A DNA stretch of 64,000 bases from Lingula anatina (lineage: Eukaryota > Animalia > Brachiopoda), in contig CM120643.1 of the NCBI GenBank assembly GCA_051362555.1, forward strand, positions 9,424,001-9,488,000. Direction: 5' to 3'. A program made the position numbers and the translations under genes. The notes under the pieces are model-generated. The model worked only from the letters and a program-made list of their open reading frames with translations. It ran no database searches and was not told the origin of the DNA. Shown one piece after another: positions 47,257-61,100 of the stretch (within the stretch, counting starts at the first letter, position 1; each line of letters begins with the position of its first letter).

Positions 47257-48059
47257 TTATAAATTACCCGTGTATACCTGCTAGGTATTATTTTCTACTA
47301 ACACTTACCTCGTACACTGATTACAGTAACTGTTGTTTTTAATTCCCTACTTTAAATAAATAACAAGCTGCATATTGATATAGATTCCTGTCAGAAAACA
47401 TCTAATAATATTAACTCAATGCCATGTTACAAAATTTCTGATGGTGGTCCATATAATTTAGAAACAACTGGTACATCAAATTAACAGAACTATATATTTT
47501 CCCCAAAATAAGTCATAGGCTCATTTCTACTTAATATTTGGGAAGCTGCAGAATAGGTAACTAGTAATAACACTGTAACTTTATTCAACAAGAATTCTCT
47601 TATGTTTCAATAAAAATTGACTTTAGATATGGCATGGGCGACATGATTACATCTTGTCATTACTGGCAAACTGAGAAAAGCTCATTGTCAGGAAATTATT
47701 TTCTCTGATTGATTCAATGTGTTCCTTGAACTTTCAATTACCTCATCAAGAGGAAAGCCATATATTTAATAAATCAATATGGAGCAAAATGTTCATTAGC
47801 TTGGTAGTTGGATCAATGAAAATATATATATTCAATGAAAAAATATATATAATAAATGAATATTATGAATAGGGACAGGGGACGATCTACCTGACATTTA
47901 TAGGAGGGCACTGGCCGCTATACCACCCATAGGTCAGTGAGTGTCAACTTCTGCTCACATCAGTCTGATGAAGGCCTACGTCGAGGTTGGCCGTAAGCTA
48001 ATGGTATGAAAGATTGTTCGGCTTGTGTTTGATAATTTTCATTTAAAATCATTATGGAG

Positions 48060-48194
48060 TTATAAAGATGTCTCTTTCTTCTCCGGACTTGACCTCGAGT
48101 TCCCCTCATCTACCATTTTGCAAACTTTCAACACCACTTCATCGAATTCTTTGGGTCGGTCTGCATACACATGATGGCCTGCATCTTCTATGAT
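48060..48194 (-). CDS. ABHD4: ABHD4-like exon 6 (terminal)
   Basis: IIEDAGHHVYADRPKEF...KETSL*. Confidence 0.92.
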   Translation of the reverse strand: MIEDAGHHVYADRPKEFDEVVLKVCKMVDEGNSRSSPEKKETSL

Positions 48195-48718
48195 CTTAAA
48201 CGATAAATAAATAAAAGTAGACAGACAGACAAAAAGATGGATAATTGAATAAAAAGCAAACAATAGATGAATGAAGAGACAAATACTAATACAACTTGAG
48301 CAATATGTGTAGACAACCAGACAGAATATGATAGTTGACTCCAAAAGTTAAAAAACTTATTTGTGGGACACGTTCATCTTCCACTAATATGGCTCTGATA
48401 TCTGGAATATATCTAACAGATCTGAAGCATTCTTTAACTAAATAATCCATTAATTTATATAAGACCCCATTCCCATACTAAGTCTAAGATCAATTTAGCG
48501 TCATTGTACCGTCTCTGAGGGGATTCTAGCTAAATTGCACAAAGTCTAAGTGGCTCTGATGTCGGGCACGCCTACTGAACCTGTTAGGGAGTAATTTAGT
48601 ATTGTTTAGCAGCTTCAGTAGGCGTGCCAGAAAGGCATGCAATTAAGCCAGAATCCCCTAGGAGATTGACCGATCCCGCTAGATCGATCTAGGTATGGGA
48701 ATGGGCTCTAAGCAAAAA

Positions 48719-48753
<35 letters not shown>

Positions 48754-51700
48754 ACATTTATCAACAATGTAGTTGTGCCCTACCTCAATTCCAACATAGG
48801 AGTCACTCCTGATGCTCTTGGTCTTGTAAGCACTTTCATTGTCCACCCAGGAATCCTTTCCATGAATCATAGTGAAGGGAATATCTTTCTGGATTTCATG
48901 GATACGGTGTAGCATTGGGTTGGCAGCCCAGGCAAATGGAATGCTGATTCTTTTGAAGGCTGTTTCACCACTGAAAATACAGAATATTTCTGTGAAAATC
49001 TACAAAGATTGTTTCCGATTTCAGAATACAGCTAAATATTGTTAATAAAACACGAAATGCTGATTTTTTTTCCAAAATGGTTTTCAGTATAAAACAACAG
49101 CAAACATTAAACCTTTTCAAGTTTGATCATATTTGATTCATTCACTTCAAATTTATTTTGGCAGAGCTGACAAGTTATTTGACAATATCAAAACACACAA
49201 ATTACAGCCATGGCTTGTTACCATTTTGTGCCCAACACGAAAATTCTAATTTTACTTCAGTTTTTCATGTAGCCATGCCCCGTGAACTTGTAGAAAATTA
49301 ATTTGATAAACATATGGTGACTATTGGTTTTCAATTTTAATATCAGAAGTCTGTCTCTTACCTTGGGTCCTGAGCATTACAGTGATAGATATAATCAGCT
49401 ATGTTCTGGATAGACCCGTCATCTTCCTCATTGCCAAATTTACGCATCAGATCTGGGCGGAATTTTTTAACCAAGCCTGGACCTGTGAATTTATCAGACA
49501 ATTTAAATTAACTATAATAATAATAATAATAATAATATACAATTTTTTCAATGTTTATAATCCATGCAAAACTTTTTGAATAAATAATTTATGACTGTTG
49601 AGCCCTTTTCACATCGAGTATTCTAGCTAAGCATTTCATCTTTAAATTTTTGTTTTGAAAGTGAGACTGAAAGTGAGTGAAGTCCACTGAGCCATAATTA
49701 AATGGAAGAACATTCCAAATGGAATGCTTTAAAAGTAGAATGCTCAACGTACATTAATAGATAAAAGGCCTTTGAAATAATAATAATAATATATTGAGCA
49801 CAGAAATGTTTTTACATTTGAAGGCTATCTAACTACTATTTATAATATATATATAAATGTACAAAACAAATATTGTGTTATACAGCATACATTATAAAGA
49901 AATACAAGTAAAATGGATGAGACCCTTTTTATATTGTGTATTTGTTACTAATCATATGCGTTTTATCATATAACCTTACTTATAAATTTCTCTACAGCAG
50001 TTGCACCCTACCACTGTATGTGTCACTGTGTGAGCTTTGTGAGTACCTGACAGGTGGCTTGTCTTACCTAGGGGTCCCAGTGCCCTTAACCCTGCCAGTG
50101 GATTGAATGGCTGTAACATCCGTGCTATGGCCCTGGCCCACACAGGTAGCCTCCTGAGCTGCTGATAATCTGCCGGCTTTTCAGGGAAACCCCAGGGGTC
50201 AACCAGTATCACATGTTCAACATGCTCTGGATGCCTCAGTGCATAGGCCGCTGACAAAAATCCCCCGAAACTGTGACCCAACATGACAAATTTCTCCAGA
50301 CCAACACCCTTTCTCCAATCCTCGATGGACTGGACAAATTCCTCCTCGATCTCACTAGGGTCATGGCCAAAATCTGGTCTTGAGCTTCGCCCAAAGCCTA
50401 GGACGTCAAATGCATAGAGGGGTCTGTCTTTTGATAATGGAAGTAGGTTTCGTGCCCATAGGCCTACTCCACCTCCAAAGCCATGGATGAGGATGAGGGG
50501 GGATTTCTTTGAAGAATGGTCGTGGTGATGGTGGTGGTGATGATGTTGGTGATCATGATGGTGTGAAGAAGAGGAGGATTTGTCATCTGGGGTGGTCTCA
50601 GTTTTTACCGACTGTAACTGTCCGTTTAAACATATTGTCCAGATCTGGTTTTGCCCATTTGATACGGGGATGTACTTGCCCTGGTATTTTCCTTTCAGAG
50701 CTAAAATTAAGACACAAAATGTTTGATAGTATTTAGCACATAGAAAGTAAATAATTGTAATCATAATCAGACACAGGTTTGTGAATCTGTATCATTTAGA
50801 CTAATTGCAAAAGAGTTTAATATATTCAGGATGACAAATAAATTACTAATAACAGTCGTTTTACTGTTGATCGAGTCATCACATTTTTTTTTGAAAGTTT
50901 AATTAAGATAATCTCTGTGATATACTATTACTTATAGTACATGCACCTGTAAATACTAAATAGTCTTATCACTTTGGTGTCTATAAGACAAATTAATTTT
51001 GTGTTAAAATTTATAAATTAAGAAAAAAAAATCTCTATATTAGCATTAGAGTAGACTAGTCTTATATTCTGAAGTTGTTTTCTGTATGTGGTTTTGGGAT
51101 TCATTTCCCAATCAAGGAGAAAGCCATTTGTGAATACTGTTGATAAACTATTATAATAAGACTGGGTTCACGTAAACCTATCGTACTAGCAGGATCGATC
51201 TAACTCCGAGGGGATTCTTTCTAAATTGCATTCACTTTAATTAAGCAGCCTAAATGTCTGTCACGCCAACTGAAGCTGCTAGGATGCAATTTTGCAAGAA
51301 TCCCCTTGGAGATAGATCGACCCTGCTAGTACTAATAGGGTTATGGGAATGGTCCCTATAGATTCCCTTACACTGAAACAGTTTCTGCTCGGCCTCTGCT
51401 AACAGTCCTTTAGATGTTGGCTTCCATCGCAGTTTTCTTCGTAACCAGCCAGCACTGAAAATGATGCAAAAACATGATCATATTGCGTATAATTCCCGCT
51501 CTGTTACATATAATAATTATTTTATTATCATTATCATTATAATTATTATTAGTTATAGCTAGCTAGGACATTAGATTTTGTCGGATTTATGAAGTTACTA
51601 GTTTTATTTCCCCGGGCCCAGCCAGTAGAATCTCAATGCCCCCTTATCGTTCCAAAAAACAGGAGTTTGACAGAAATATTTAACCTAGTGTGTGATAAAT

Positions 51701-51997
51701 GTATTGATCTTAAGAGTTACTACCCTTGATAAGACCCAAATAGCTTTATGAAAAATTTTTTGGGATTTAAAATGTCAAGTCATCGTTGCGTAAGCTGTCT
51801 AAGCCTGGTTTTGTCTGATTAAGACTCATCAGACACCAGTAAAGTAAGGCGTATTGCAAAACATATTTTCTTGATTTCATATTGTGCAGTTTATCTGAAA
51901 CATCCTCTTTGTGTGTGACTGAATTTTTATGGATATCATTCCTTACTTACTTGTCCACATCTAATTCAACTTGGCTATTTATTTCTTCGTCGGCCAT
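48060..51997 (-). CDS. ABHD4: ABHD4/ABHD5-family alpha/beta hydrolase ((lyso)-NAPE lipase / LPA acyltransferase-like); 6 exons, 401 aa
   Basis: Spliced: MADEEINSQV...GWLRRKLRWKPTS...PLILIHGFGGGVGLW...AFDVLGFGRSSRP...LGHSFGGFL (Ser nucleophile present, as in ABHD4)...LVDPWGFP...YIYHCNAQDPSGETAF...AGHHVYAD (HX4D). Probably co-orthologous to ABHD4 and ABHD5. Confidence 0.93.
48463..48708. mobile_element. MITE related to family A
   Basis: TAA TSD; cccattcccatac...gtatgggaatggg TIR; internal palindrome ggcacgcctactgaa/ttcagtaggcgtgcc. Confidence 0.75.
48784..48970 (-). CDS. ABHD4: ABHD4-like exon 5
   Basis: GETAFKRISIPFAWAANPMLHRI...IHGKDSWVD...YVGIE. Confidence 0.94.
49362..49482 (-). CDS. ABHD4: ABHD4-like exon 4
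   Basis: GPGLVKKFRPDLMRKF...DYIYHCNAQDPS. Confidence 0.94.
50068..50700 (-). CDS. ABHD4: ABHD4-like exon 3 (catalytic core)
   Basis: Lies in ORF 49976..50764; HGFGGG and GHSFGG motifs. Confidence 0.95.
51160..51356. mobile_element. MITE related to 48463-48708
   Basis: Inverted repeats tactagcagg...cctgctagta and ggggattctt/aagaatcccc; shares the gggaatgg terminus. Confidence 0.7.
51372..51454 (-). CDS. ABHD4: ABHD4-like exon 2
   Basis: AGWLRRKLRWKPTSKGLLAEAEQKLFQ; tcag|...|gtaagg. Confidence 0.9.
51951..51997 (-). CDS. ABHD4: ABHD4-like exon 1
   Basis: aagATGGCCGAC...GACAA|gtaagt; MADEEINSQVELDVD. Confidence 0.85.
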
Positions 51998-52019
51998 CTT
52001 CTACTCTTTGGTGTTTATT

Positions 52020-52075
52020 TTACTCAGTCATGTGACTTTTACGTCACGAGGGATTCCCCAGTCACGTGATCAGAA
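52020..52075 (-). promoter_or_regulatory. ABHD4-like proximal promoter with M-box/CLEAR E-boxes, a CRE half-site and an NF-kB-like site
   Basis: GTCATGTGAC 52027-52036, ACGTCA 52041-52046, GGGATTCCCC 52050-52059, GTCACGTGAT 52061-52070; all within 75 bp of the ATG. Confidence 0.6.
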
Positions 52076-52159
52076 TAGCTATAAATAACTCCCATTCTAA
52101 CATAAGTATGACCTGCACTACATTTTGCAATGTACTGACATTTTGGAAAATCTCCGATT

Positions 52160-52500
52160 TTTTAAATCATAAAAAGAATTATCAAACATGTAATTTAAAT
52201 ATCCGATTTCATTTTCCTATATGATAGTTTGCTTTTACTTGAAATATTTCTGTGCTAGTTCTTTTCTTTAACACTCATTTTTCTTACCAATCATTTTCTA
52301 CCCTTTGGGGTTTGACTTGACTTTAAAAAATTATCCTTTTAATCATAAAAAAGAACAATCAAACGTGGTTCAAGTCACCAATTCTTTTTGCCTATATGAT
52401 GGTCTGCTTTTACTTGAAATATTTCTGTGCTAATTTTTTCCTCTAACACTCATTTTTCTAAGAAAACCAATCATTTTTCTTCCCTTTGGGGTTTGACTTG
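52160..52500 (+). repeat. ~175-bp tandem duplication between the LPCAT 3' end and the ABHD4 promoter
   Basis: aatcataaaaagaa...cctatatgat...cttgaaatatttctgtgcta...ccctttggggtttgacttg occurs twice. Confidence 0.85.
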
Positions 52501-54980
52501 CAAATTATGTGCAGGGAAGTATAGTGGAGAACATTTGGCATGGGAAACAGAATCTCAAAACAATTGCTTTTAGGTATAATAATTAACCTTTATTAACACT
52601 GATAAACAATCTTAAAATTGATACAGCAAACAGTGCAAATGACAGCATCCAATTCGGACACAATATCTGTGTTTAGTTAAGTATTGTAATAATACATACA
52701 TGCCTTTCAATCTTGATTTTCTTCTTCGGCAAAAATGTTAGAATATTCATTAAGTAATAAATACAAATAAAACCTTTGCTTCACTTATAATCAATACAAA
52801 TGCTGAACTGAACTTTTACAGTAAAACCATTGAAATACATTGCACTATATTCCTGATAATAAAACAAGTATATACCTATTATGCACAGTATGAATATTCT
52901 GGTATATTTAGCAGGTGTAGACATGCATACTTCCAATAATGTGATTTTTTTATATTGCCTAGAAACACAAGATGTGCCATCAATCAGCATATAAAATTAC
53001 TTAACTAGTTGCATTTCTTTACCTATAAAGTGAGATTGGGTGAGAGAGATCCTTCCACTGTAGTCCAAATAGGTTTATTTATTCAAAACGTCAACATACA
53101 CATTTCTAAAATAAGTACCAGACTTTCATTTAGTAAGTGTGTGCTTGGTTAAACATTTCTTAAGTTGACTTCAAATATTATAATGGTAACTGTCACTACA
53201 TGACCTTTTGCACAAAGTTATACTTACCAGGACAACTAATAATATACAAAAGTGAACCAAACAGATCCAGAACTCCTTAATGACCAATTGTAATAAAAAG
53301 ATTGTGCTTTTCATTCCAGCCACACATGCATCAATTTCTCTATTTCTAAGAAAAGAAACAGCAGCAATACTAATCTAGACATCAGCTATGTAATACCTAT
53401 ACAACTAAATACTACTCTATTGATATCAGCTCACAGCAATATTACATATTAACTGGCACCAAAGCAATAGCTAAGGGCTTTAATAATCTTATACCCATAA
53501 CACCTATAAGCAAGCATGCATCAGCTTATTAAAGAAATGCGTAGTCAGATGTATAATATATAAAACCACTATTTCACAAGCATTCAAAGCCTTTAAGGGG
53601 AATGTCCAACTTATGAAGCTCAGAAAATCTAGCATGTGAAACTGAGATGTACATATATTTCAATATAAGTTACAGCATAAATCAGAAAGCTCATTAAAAT
53701 GTTGAAGAGGATATGGGAAGGTTCAAAACCTTAGTATCTGATAGCCTAATTAAAACATGTTAAAGCATTACAAAAGCATGATCACTAGCCAAAAATAAAG
53801 TGGGTCTGTGATACATCTTATTACTAGTCTAAGCTGGATGACTATTCCACTCTGAAATTGTTTGGATTTCACTTTTAAAGTCAGCTATAGTTACTTAACA
53901 TGGCAGCCATTATGGCATTTCTTTGCTTAACATCAAAATATCCAACAACTGAATATAAAAAAGAGGATTCTGATAAGAGCCATGACTTCAACTGTTACTA
54001 ATCATTTATTAAAAACTAAAAGACTGGGATTGATACAAATACCCAGACATCCATGAGAAACTTGTTGTTCACAGAACAACATCTAGCTGATCATTGACAT
54101 TTCAGATCTTAAAGCACAGCAGGCATAAACCCTATACACATTAAACATTACACATATTATACAAACAGCTCAAAAATATTTACACACACAACCAGCGGCA
54201 CATTTCACATATTATGATTATTACAATATATGGCAAAACATTTATGACAAGTATTCAGGAATTTTATTCCTTGTGGAGAAATCAGTTCGACCAATTTACT
54301 ACCTGATTTTGTCTTGAAGTTCATGATTTTGATAAAATCCAAGCAACTGGGTATATTAACTTGATATCCATTAACATATAGCCATCCAACAGCTTTTCTT
54401 TCCCAGAATTAGATCATTTCAGGACACTACTGTTTTAATATATCAATAATCATATAAGTATAAGTTATCTGTATAAAACACCTAACATCGAATACATATA
54501 TAGGGAGTGAAGGGATACATATAAGTATATAAAAAGAGATAAAATTGAGCAGTAACTCTATCCATGACTAAACCCAGAGAATGTAAAACAAATATTACAA
54601 CACATAACAATGCATATAAAATATCTGCCTGATTTTGGTTGACCACTTCACAATTATATCATCACGTATACAAAGTGGTTGGGATTGTTTGAGATCCTAG
54701 TATTTTGATGGATGATGGAGAACAATTGTGAGAAAAATTAATGTAGCTTTGAAAATCCTAAAGAAGCTGGGCTTTGATGAAAATTTAGTAAACTGTAGTC
54801 TTTGATTTCTTAATAAAAGGATTTCTGAATCAGTCATCACAGTCCATCCTGAAAAAGTAAATACAACCCAAAATTTGAAATCTAAATGTCAAATGAGTCT
54901 TGTCTTGTTGCTTGATTCTTCACTGAAGCGACATCTATAGCTGAGCTTAACTTGGGCGTGGCATTATGGGTATACCACCG

Positions 54981-55120
54981 TCAGTCTCGTTTTTGTTTAG
55001 CATCATTGTCAATTTGTTCTTCAAACGGTTGTTCACTATTTGCTGAGTTTGTCAATTTTTGGTATGTCATGAACAGCTTGGCATATTCTGGCTTCTGCTT
55101 TGCATAGGCTTTGAATTCAT
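54981..55120 (-). CDS. LPCAT2: LPCAT terminal coding exon
   Basis: DEFKAYAKQKPEYAKLF...KQKRD*. Confidence 0.92.
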
Positions 55121-58100
55121 CTGGAGAAAATAGTTTTTTTTTAACATGAAATCATGTGATAGGCAACAAAGGGCATAAATAATGCTCCAACATCATGGCT
55201 TACAAACAGTGTAAATTCTTATGAAGTCAATGCCATAATCAATATTATTCTTTTACTGTTATAATAAAACAATGAAGCATTCTCCTGCTTTTAAGAACAA
55301 AAGTCTCCCGTTAACAAAATGGCAAACAGTATAATATAACTGATAAGATAAGGCCATTTCATGAACTTTGTCATACACTGATGAGACTTTTCGGACTTTT
55401 GTCAGAATTCAGACTTTTTCAGGGTCATTTGGGTCATTCTTGTGAATCATGTCAATCCTACTTTTTCAGTAAGGACTGGTCGCATCCCTGGTCATACATT
55501 TTGTCTTTTAAAGTGATTGTAATCATTAAGAAGTGCACAAGGCTGGCCAAGTTGCTGACAACAGCAGCAATCATATACAGACTGAATCTGAATCTGATTA
55601 CAGCTTAAAACATTTGCAATATATTACACCCCATTTCCATAGATTTTTAGATCGATCTATCACTGTGGTGAGTCTCACTAGATTACCGTCAGATTGGCCG
55701 GCTTAAGCGTCTGTCCTGCCTACTAAAAGCTGTAAGGGGGTAATTAACTATGGTGGCCGCTCGGCTGACTGCAATTTAGCGTAAACCCCCAGGGAGTTGA
55801 TCTAAATCTTAATTTTTAGATCGATCTAAATCTCTGGGAAAGCACCCTTAGATGGATTATCACTCTACTGGTGCACAGGTTGGGAACAAATCTTTAAATT
55901 TCCAAGCTCTCCTAAAGTCGTCTTCATATTAAATCGAGAAGGTGACTTTGAGACACTAAAAACTTGGAATTCTTACCAAAGCTTATCTTGCTATCCTGGT
56001 CTTTGTCCACCTGCTGGAAAAGCTTCCTCACTCCTGCCTCATCCATGCCAAATGCATTGTGCAACATCTGGGCCAAGTCGGACTCAGATAGATAGCCTTT
56101 GCCTTCAGAGTCAAACAGCTACAAATGTAAGAAATAAATCTAGTACTCTATAAAAGGTTCTCAGGTGAAAATTGGAGCCATTCGTTTACAGCCTTCCATT
56201 TGTGAATGGTTTTAATAGCAGCACAGCATGCCAGAGATGACAGAATCATTTCTTTTAAATATTTAAGAGCATTCAATGATACTTGTTCAAATTGTATTTC
56301 AATCTAAGATTTCAAGAAATAAACATACCAAGTCCTATTTTTTCCATACTTTTTTTTATTATTTCTTATCATTTTCTTATCATATTAAAAATTCATGATT
56401 TCAACTAATAATCTCACCTGAAAAGCCAGCTGAATAGTGTCTTCAGTATTTGCAGGCTCAGAGACTAGAGATAAACCTATCACATATTCACGGAAATCTA
56501 TGGTACCTGAATTATCCTGAAAATAAACAAGCATATAAAGATATGAAAAGAAGTACAAGGAGACCATAAGAACAGCCGGAGAACAAGCACTTCATTTTGT
56601 GCACAAATGATAAAAGCAGGTCAAAACTACAGCTACCTATCGAGACAGGCCCAAAACTGTGTTAAGTAAAGGAAAAAAGGAAATTGTTAGTGGCACGTGT
56701 AGTTGTAATAACAAAGGGATACAGTGGCGTGTATTGTCACATGACCACAAGTGCGGAAACTTGAAGTAGGTGTGATACTCGTTCCTGTAACATACATTGT
56801 ACTGAGTGCGCCGTATAGATTGATAACTTCCGGTAATGAACATTTTGACATCATATTTCATCCAGTTATCCTCAGTTATTACTACACAACATCTGTCCCC
56901 CAGCAAAAAGAACTTGGCAGATGATGATGAAATGCATGACAAGATGGGTCAGTGTACTGATTGGCTTTGAAATATAATGTATTGAATGACACTCAGTGAC
57001 TCTAGCAGGACAGTCAAGTTATTTTCATTTTTATGTATGTATATATCTCTTCATATCAAGAAAACAAAGTTCTGAACAAACAGAGACGGTTTTCACAGCT
57101 CCTCGATCAAAATTCTGGAGCTAATGAATATTAACCAGTTTAACATTTTAATTTATTATTAAACATAATTATTAATAACAATAACATCGTACATGAGCTC
57201 AGGTTTAAAAAAAAAACCTCTGAACATTTATCATGAGACCTGACACCTAGCTTTGATGACTTTCAGAAATCATCAGAATTGAATTAAAAAATGCGGAATT
57301 CCACTTTTCCGCAGAAAAAACTCATGTCTGTAACACATGACAATAATTTATTATCACAGTAAATAGAATTATTTTAACCTTACCCTGTCATACATGGTAA
57401 ATACATCCTCCAGTGCTTCTGATACAGGTAGGTTGAGATGCTCTGCCAACTCTTGTACCGTGATCTTTCCCTCTTTTCCCGTGTGGATTTGGCGAAACTT
57501 CTCCAGCATGGCTTTAGCGGCCTCAAAGGTGATGCTAGTGAGGGATGGGGATTAAGCAAGCAAATCAGTAAATCAGGGCAGTAATCAGTGAACATTTATG
57601 GAACACCATTTTTTTTATTTCATTTAAAGAGATATCATTTCTATATTTTCATTTACTTGTACAAGCAGCGCTGTAGCAGGGTTGTTAAATCAACAGTGCA
57701 AAATCGAATTTCTAATTACTAGCAAAAAAATCTGTTTTGTTTCAATGGATGTGAATATGAAAAATGAAAAATTTGCATTTAATAATCACTATATCAAGAA
57801 CATAAAATTATTTATCTAATGCAATCTAATAATAATAATATATCTACAGCTGCATTGCAAAATGAAATGACCACAGTATAATGAGAAAGTCCCCAAAAAA
57901 GACAAACTTTTTTCAAAATACTACATGCATCTTTAATATTCCAAAACATACAGCATAAAATACAGATAAAATTCAAAAGCATTAAAAAAATCTGAATGAG
58001 ATTCTTAGATCTTTTGTTATTTTTTACATTTAAATTTTTTCATTTCCTTTTGACAGATCTAAGAACTTATTCACCGGTGGATAAAAGATAGTTCGGCAAG

Positions 58101-61100
58101 TCCACAAAAAACAAATACTACTTATTGCCCTTTCTATATAGATAATGTTGTTACAGTAATAATGATTGGGTTTTCTGCATGTCTCCTCTCCCCATTTCTT
58201 TTCTCAGACTGGTTAACATACACTCGACCAAAAAATTTCAGAAAACATCATTATTTTGAAAAATTATAAAATGAGCATATGAGCTGAGGTAAATAAACAT
58301 ATTAACCAAATTTTGATGTCTAATGCATTCGTAACCATTCGTTACTTTTTTAGCTACCTAGAAATTTTCCTACTACATTATATAGTTTACATGGTTTTTA
58401 GTAATAGAAAAAGAATTCCATCTGCTTTAACTTTTTTGGTCGAGTGTATACGTGTTAAACATGAAACATTTGCATTTCTCCTAACTTTGTCCAATCAGCA
58501 AGAAAAAAAAATATGACAAATGTGTATGTAAACAAGTGTTTTTATAGTCTCAGTCATCTCGTATCATGTCATATCTCACCCTAGCTTCTTGTTCACTTTG
58601 TTAAACTCTACAATGCCTGATGCCATTGGTAACTTGAGCTTGGCGGCATAGGTCATGAGACGACAGTCATCAAATGTGTGGTCCGTGGCAGGGACATTCA
58701 GACATCTAGAAATATTCAAGTTCATTTTAAACTTTTAATTCAAAATTCTCAACTTTAGTATATGTTGTTTGTGCCAGGGGTGTCCACACACCTGGAAATA
58801 ATTAAGTTCATTTCAAAACTTTATTTTAAACTAATTTAAAAGTTAATAGGTACTTGAAAAAAGATGTATGGTTCATATAAATTAGTTCACCAAATATTAA
58901 TTTAAACCTCTTAAATCCCCTAGCCTGTAACCAACTTGAAACAATTTTTTTTTTTTTTTGCACTGGAAATAATTTTAAAAGTCTTTCAAAATATTAAATC
59001 ATACACAAAACATAACAAAATAATAAGAAAAACATATGAACACTAATCAAAATACTTTTCTTTTACTACTTACTAATATCTTTATACACTTACTTTGTCA
59101 TTTGCTCTCTGACATTCTTGGCAAACAGCTTTGGGTCTGCAATTTCTTCTTCATTTGGTTTGTAGACAGGTAGGTACTAATTATAAAGAAATGAGATAAT
59201 CAACTTAAAATTTCCAATTCACTGGCCCAGGAATAAGTTATAATTTAAAAGAATTCTATAAACAACGAAATAATTTTGAACTTAGTAATACTGAAATTTT
59301 TACGCCAGAGTTCCTCAACACATTCTCAATCTATGAATTAAAAACATATAATATTAATTGGACAGATTGATACAAAAACATTTCAAAAATCCTGTATTTA
59401 AAATAAAACTTCAAAACCACTTATTTCTTAATCGTTATTCTTTAAAATAAAAAACCATTCTAAGCATTATACTTAATAATATAATCCCTCACCTCCACTT
59501 CAAACCTGTTGTGTATTTGACATAAAGTTAGCCAGAAGAGTGTAAACGCCCCAGGGCCTTCCCATGTCCAAGTATACGTGTCCTGAGAATGAAAATTTTG
59601 AAATTAGTTCAATTACTGCACACAATTGGTTCAAAACACAACGTATGACAGGAATGTGGGGGACTGATAATGCCTTGTTCAAGCTCTAGCTATCACAAAT
59701 CCTTTGGTCTACATCATTTCAGGTTAAAACTGTAGTAATTTACTGGAATGGTGACTAGTAGAAAAAGTAGCAATATTAGCCAATTCTTCCTTGACAATGT
59801 TATGAAACAGGTGCGAATTTTAAAGGAAAAGGATTGTCTAGGGTCGAAAGGCGCTAAAAATCCTGGTTAAAAAATTAAGACCAAATTTTTTGTCTAAAAT
59901 TATTGACATGTGAAACTGGCCTCAGTACATAAGCCACAGAGCACATGCTCATAATTTTTCTAATAATTTACATTCACTGATGCAGCAAACTTGACCCATT
60001 TCACCTGTTTTTCTCACAGTAAAGCTCACTACTTACTAATCTATTTGGAAAGCGTAGGCAGACTGGCTGAACAGGGACCCCTGGGTAAAATCCACCTAAA
60101 AGCATGCAATGTTGTATCAGTATCTAGCCATTCATGTCAGTCTATATCAGGCCTGTAGCCAGGGGGGTTCTAATAAATCCATCATTTTTTGCCAAGACAA
60201 GGTTCGCTATAGGTAAAAATTGATCTAGATACACAAAGGTTGAATGGTTAAAGGTCCACTTATTCAGATAAGACCCCCCCTAAAACTGTTGGCTATGGGC
60301 CTGCTATATAAACTTTCTCCCAAGTCTTCCAGAAGACAGTCACAATTTTCTGAAAACCTTTCTGTCAAAATCTGTGACCTTGTTGACATTCTTGAAAGGC
60401 CCTTGACTTGGGTTATTTTAATCGTAAATAAATAAATGAAAAAATTCACAGTATTACTTGAAATAAAAAAATTAATCAGATGCCATTTTAAAAGTGAAGT
60501 AATAACTTATAAATGAGCAATCACAATCTGTTATCAAACCACAGAAATAAGCAGAGAACTTACCTGGTTTAAATGTAATTAGACAGGAACGGTTTGTGCA
60601 GGTGCCTTCTGGGAAGACAATAATCTGCGGCCATTCCCCTTTGGACTGTGCGCGTCTTTTAATCTCTTTAATGGTGTTTTGTCGAGAGTTTGGGTCCTCT
60701 CTCGATACCCAGATGGGCTGAGTAAAGGTTGCCAAGGCTGAAATAGTTTTTAACAAATTTACCAACTTTTATTCAATGTTTTTCCAACTTAAGTTTTTGT
60801 ATTACCAATTCAAATCACTCATTGAAAGCAATGTAGAAAATGCCATTCATTCAATTTAAATAATTTATTCATATTTCATTTCAATACTCTTAGGAAAGGT
60901 TTTTGGGGCTTTGACCATATCTCTAAAATGTGTAATAAAAGCTGTACTAGTTAGGTGTACACTGTATTGCACTAACCCATATTTGTTGAAAATGTCTTTG
61001 AAAACTTAATGTAGTCTTTAATGTTCTTTTAATCTTAGAATCCCTAATATATGGCCTCTTCAACATAACTTGATATTTTTTAAAGAATAACCTTTCAGTT

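Noticed and set aside
51800-51845. Minus-strand CTGATGA-GTCT-taatc-AGAC-AAAAC hammerhead-like core in ABHD4 intron 1
   Set aside because: GAAA is missing and there is no stem I; it is better explained as a simple gtctgat/atcagac hairpin.
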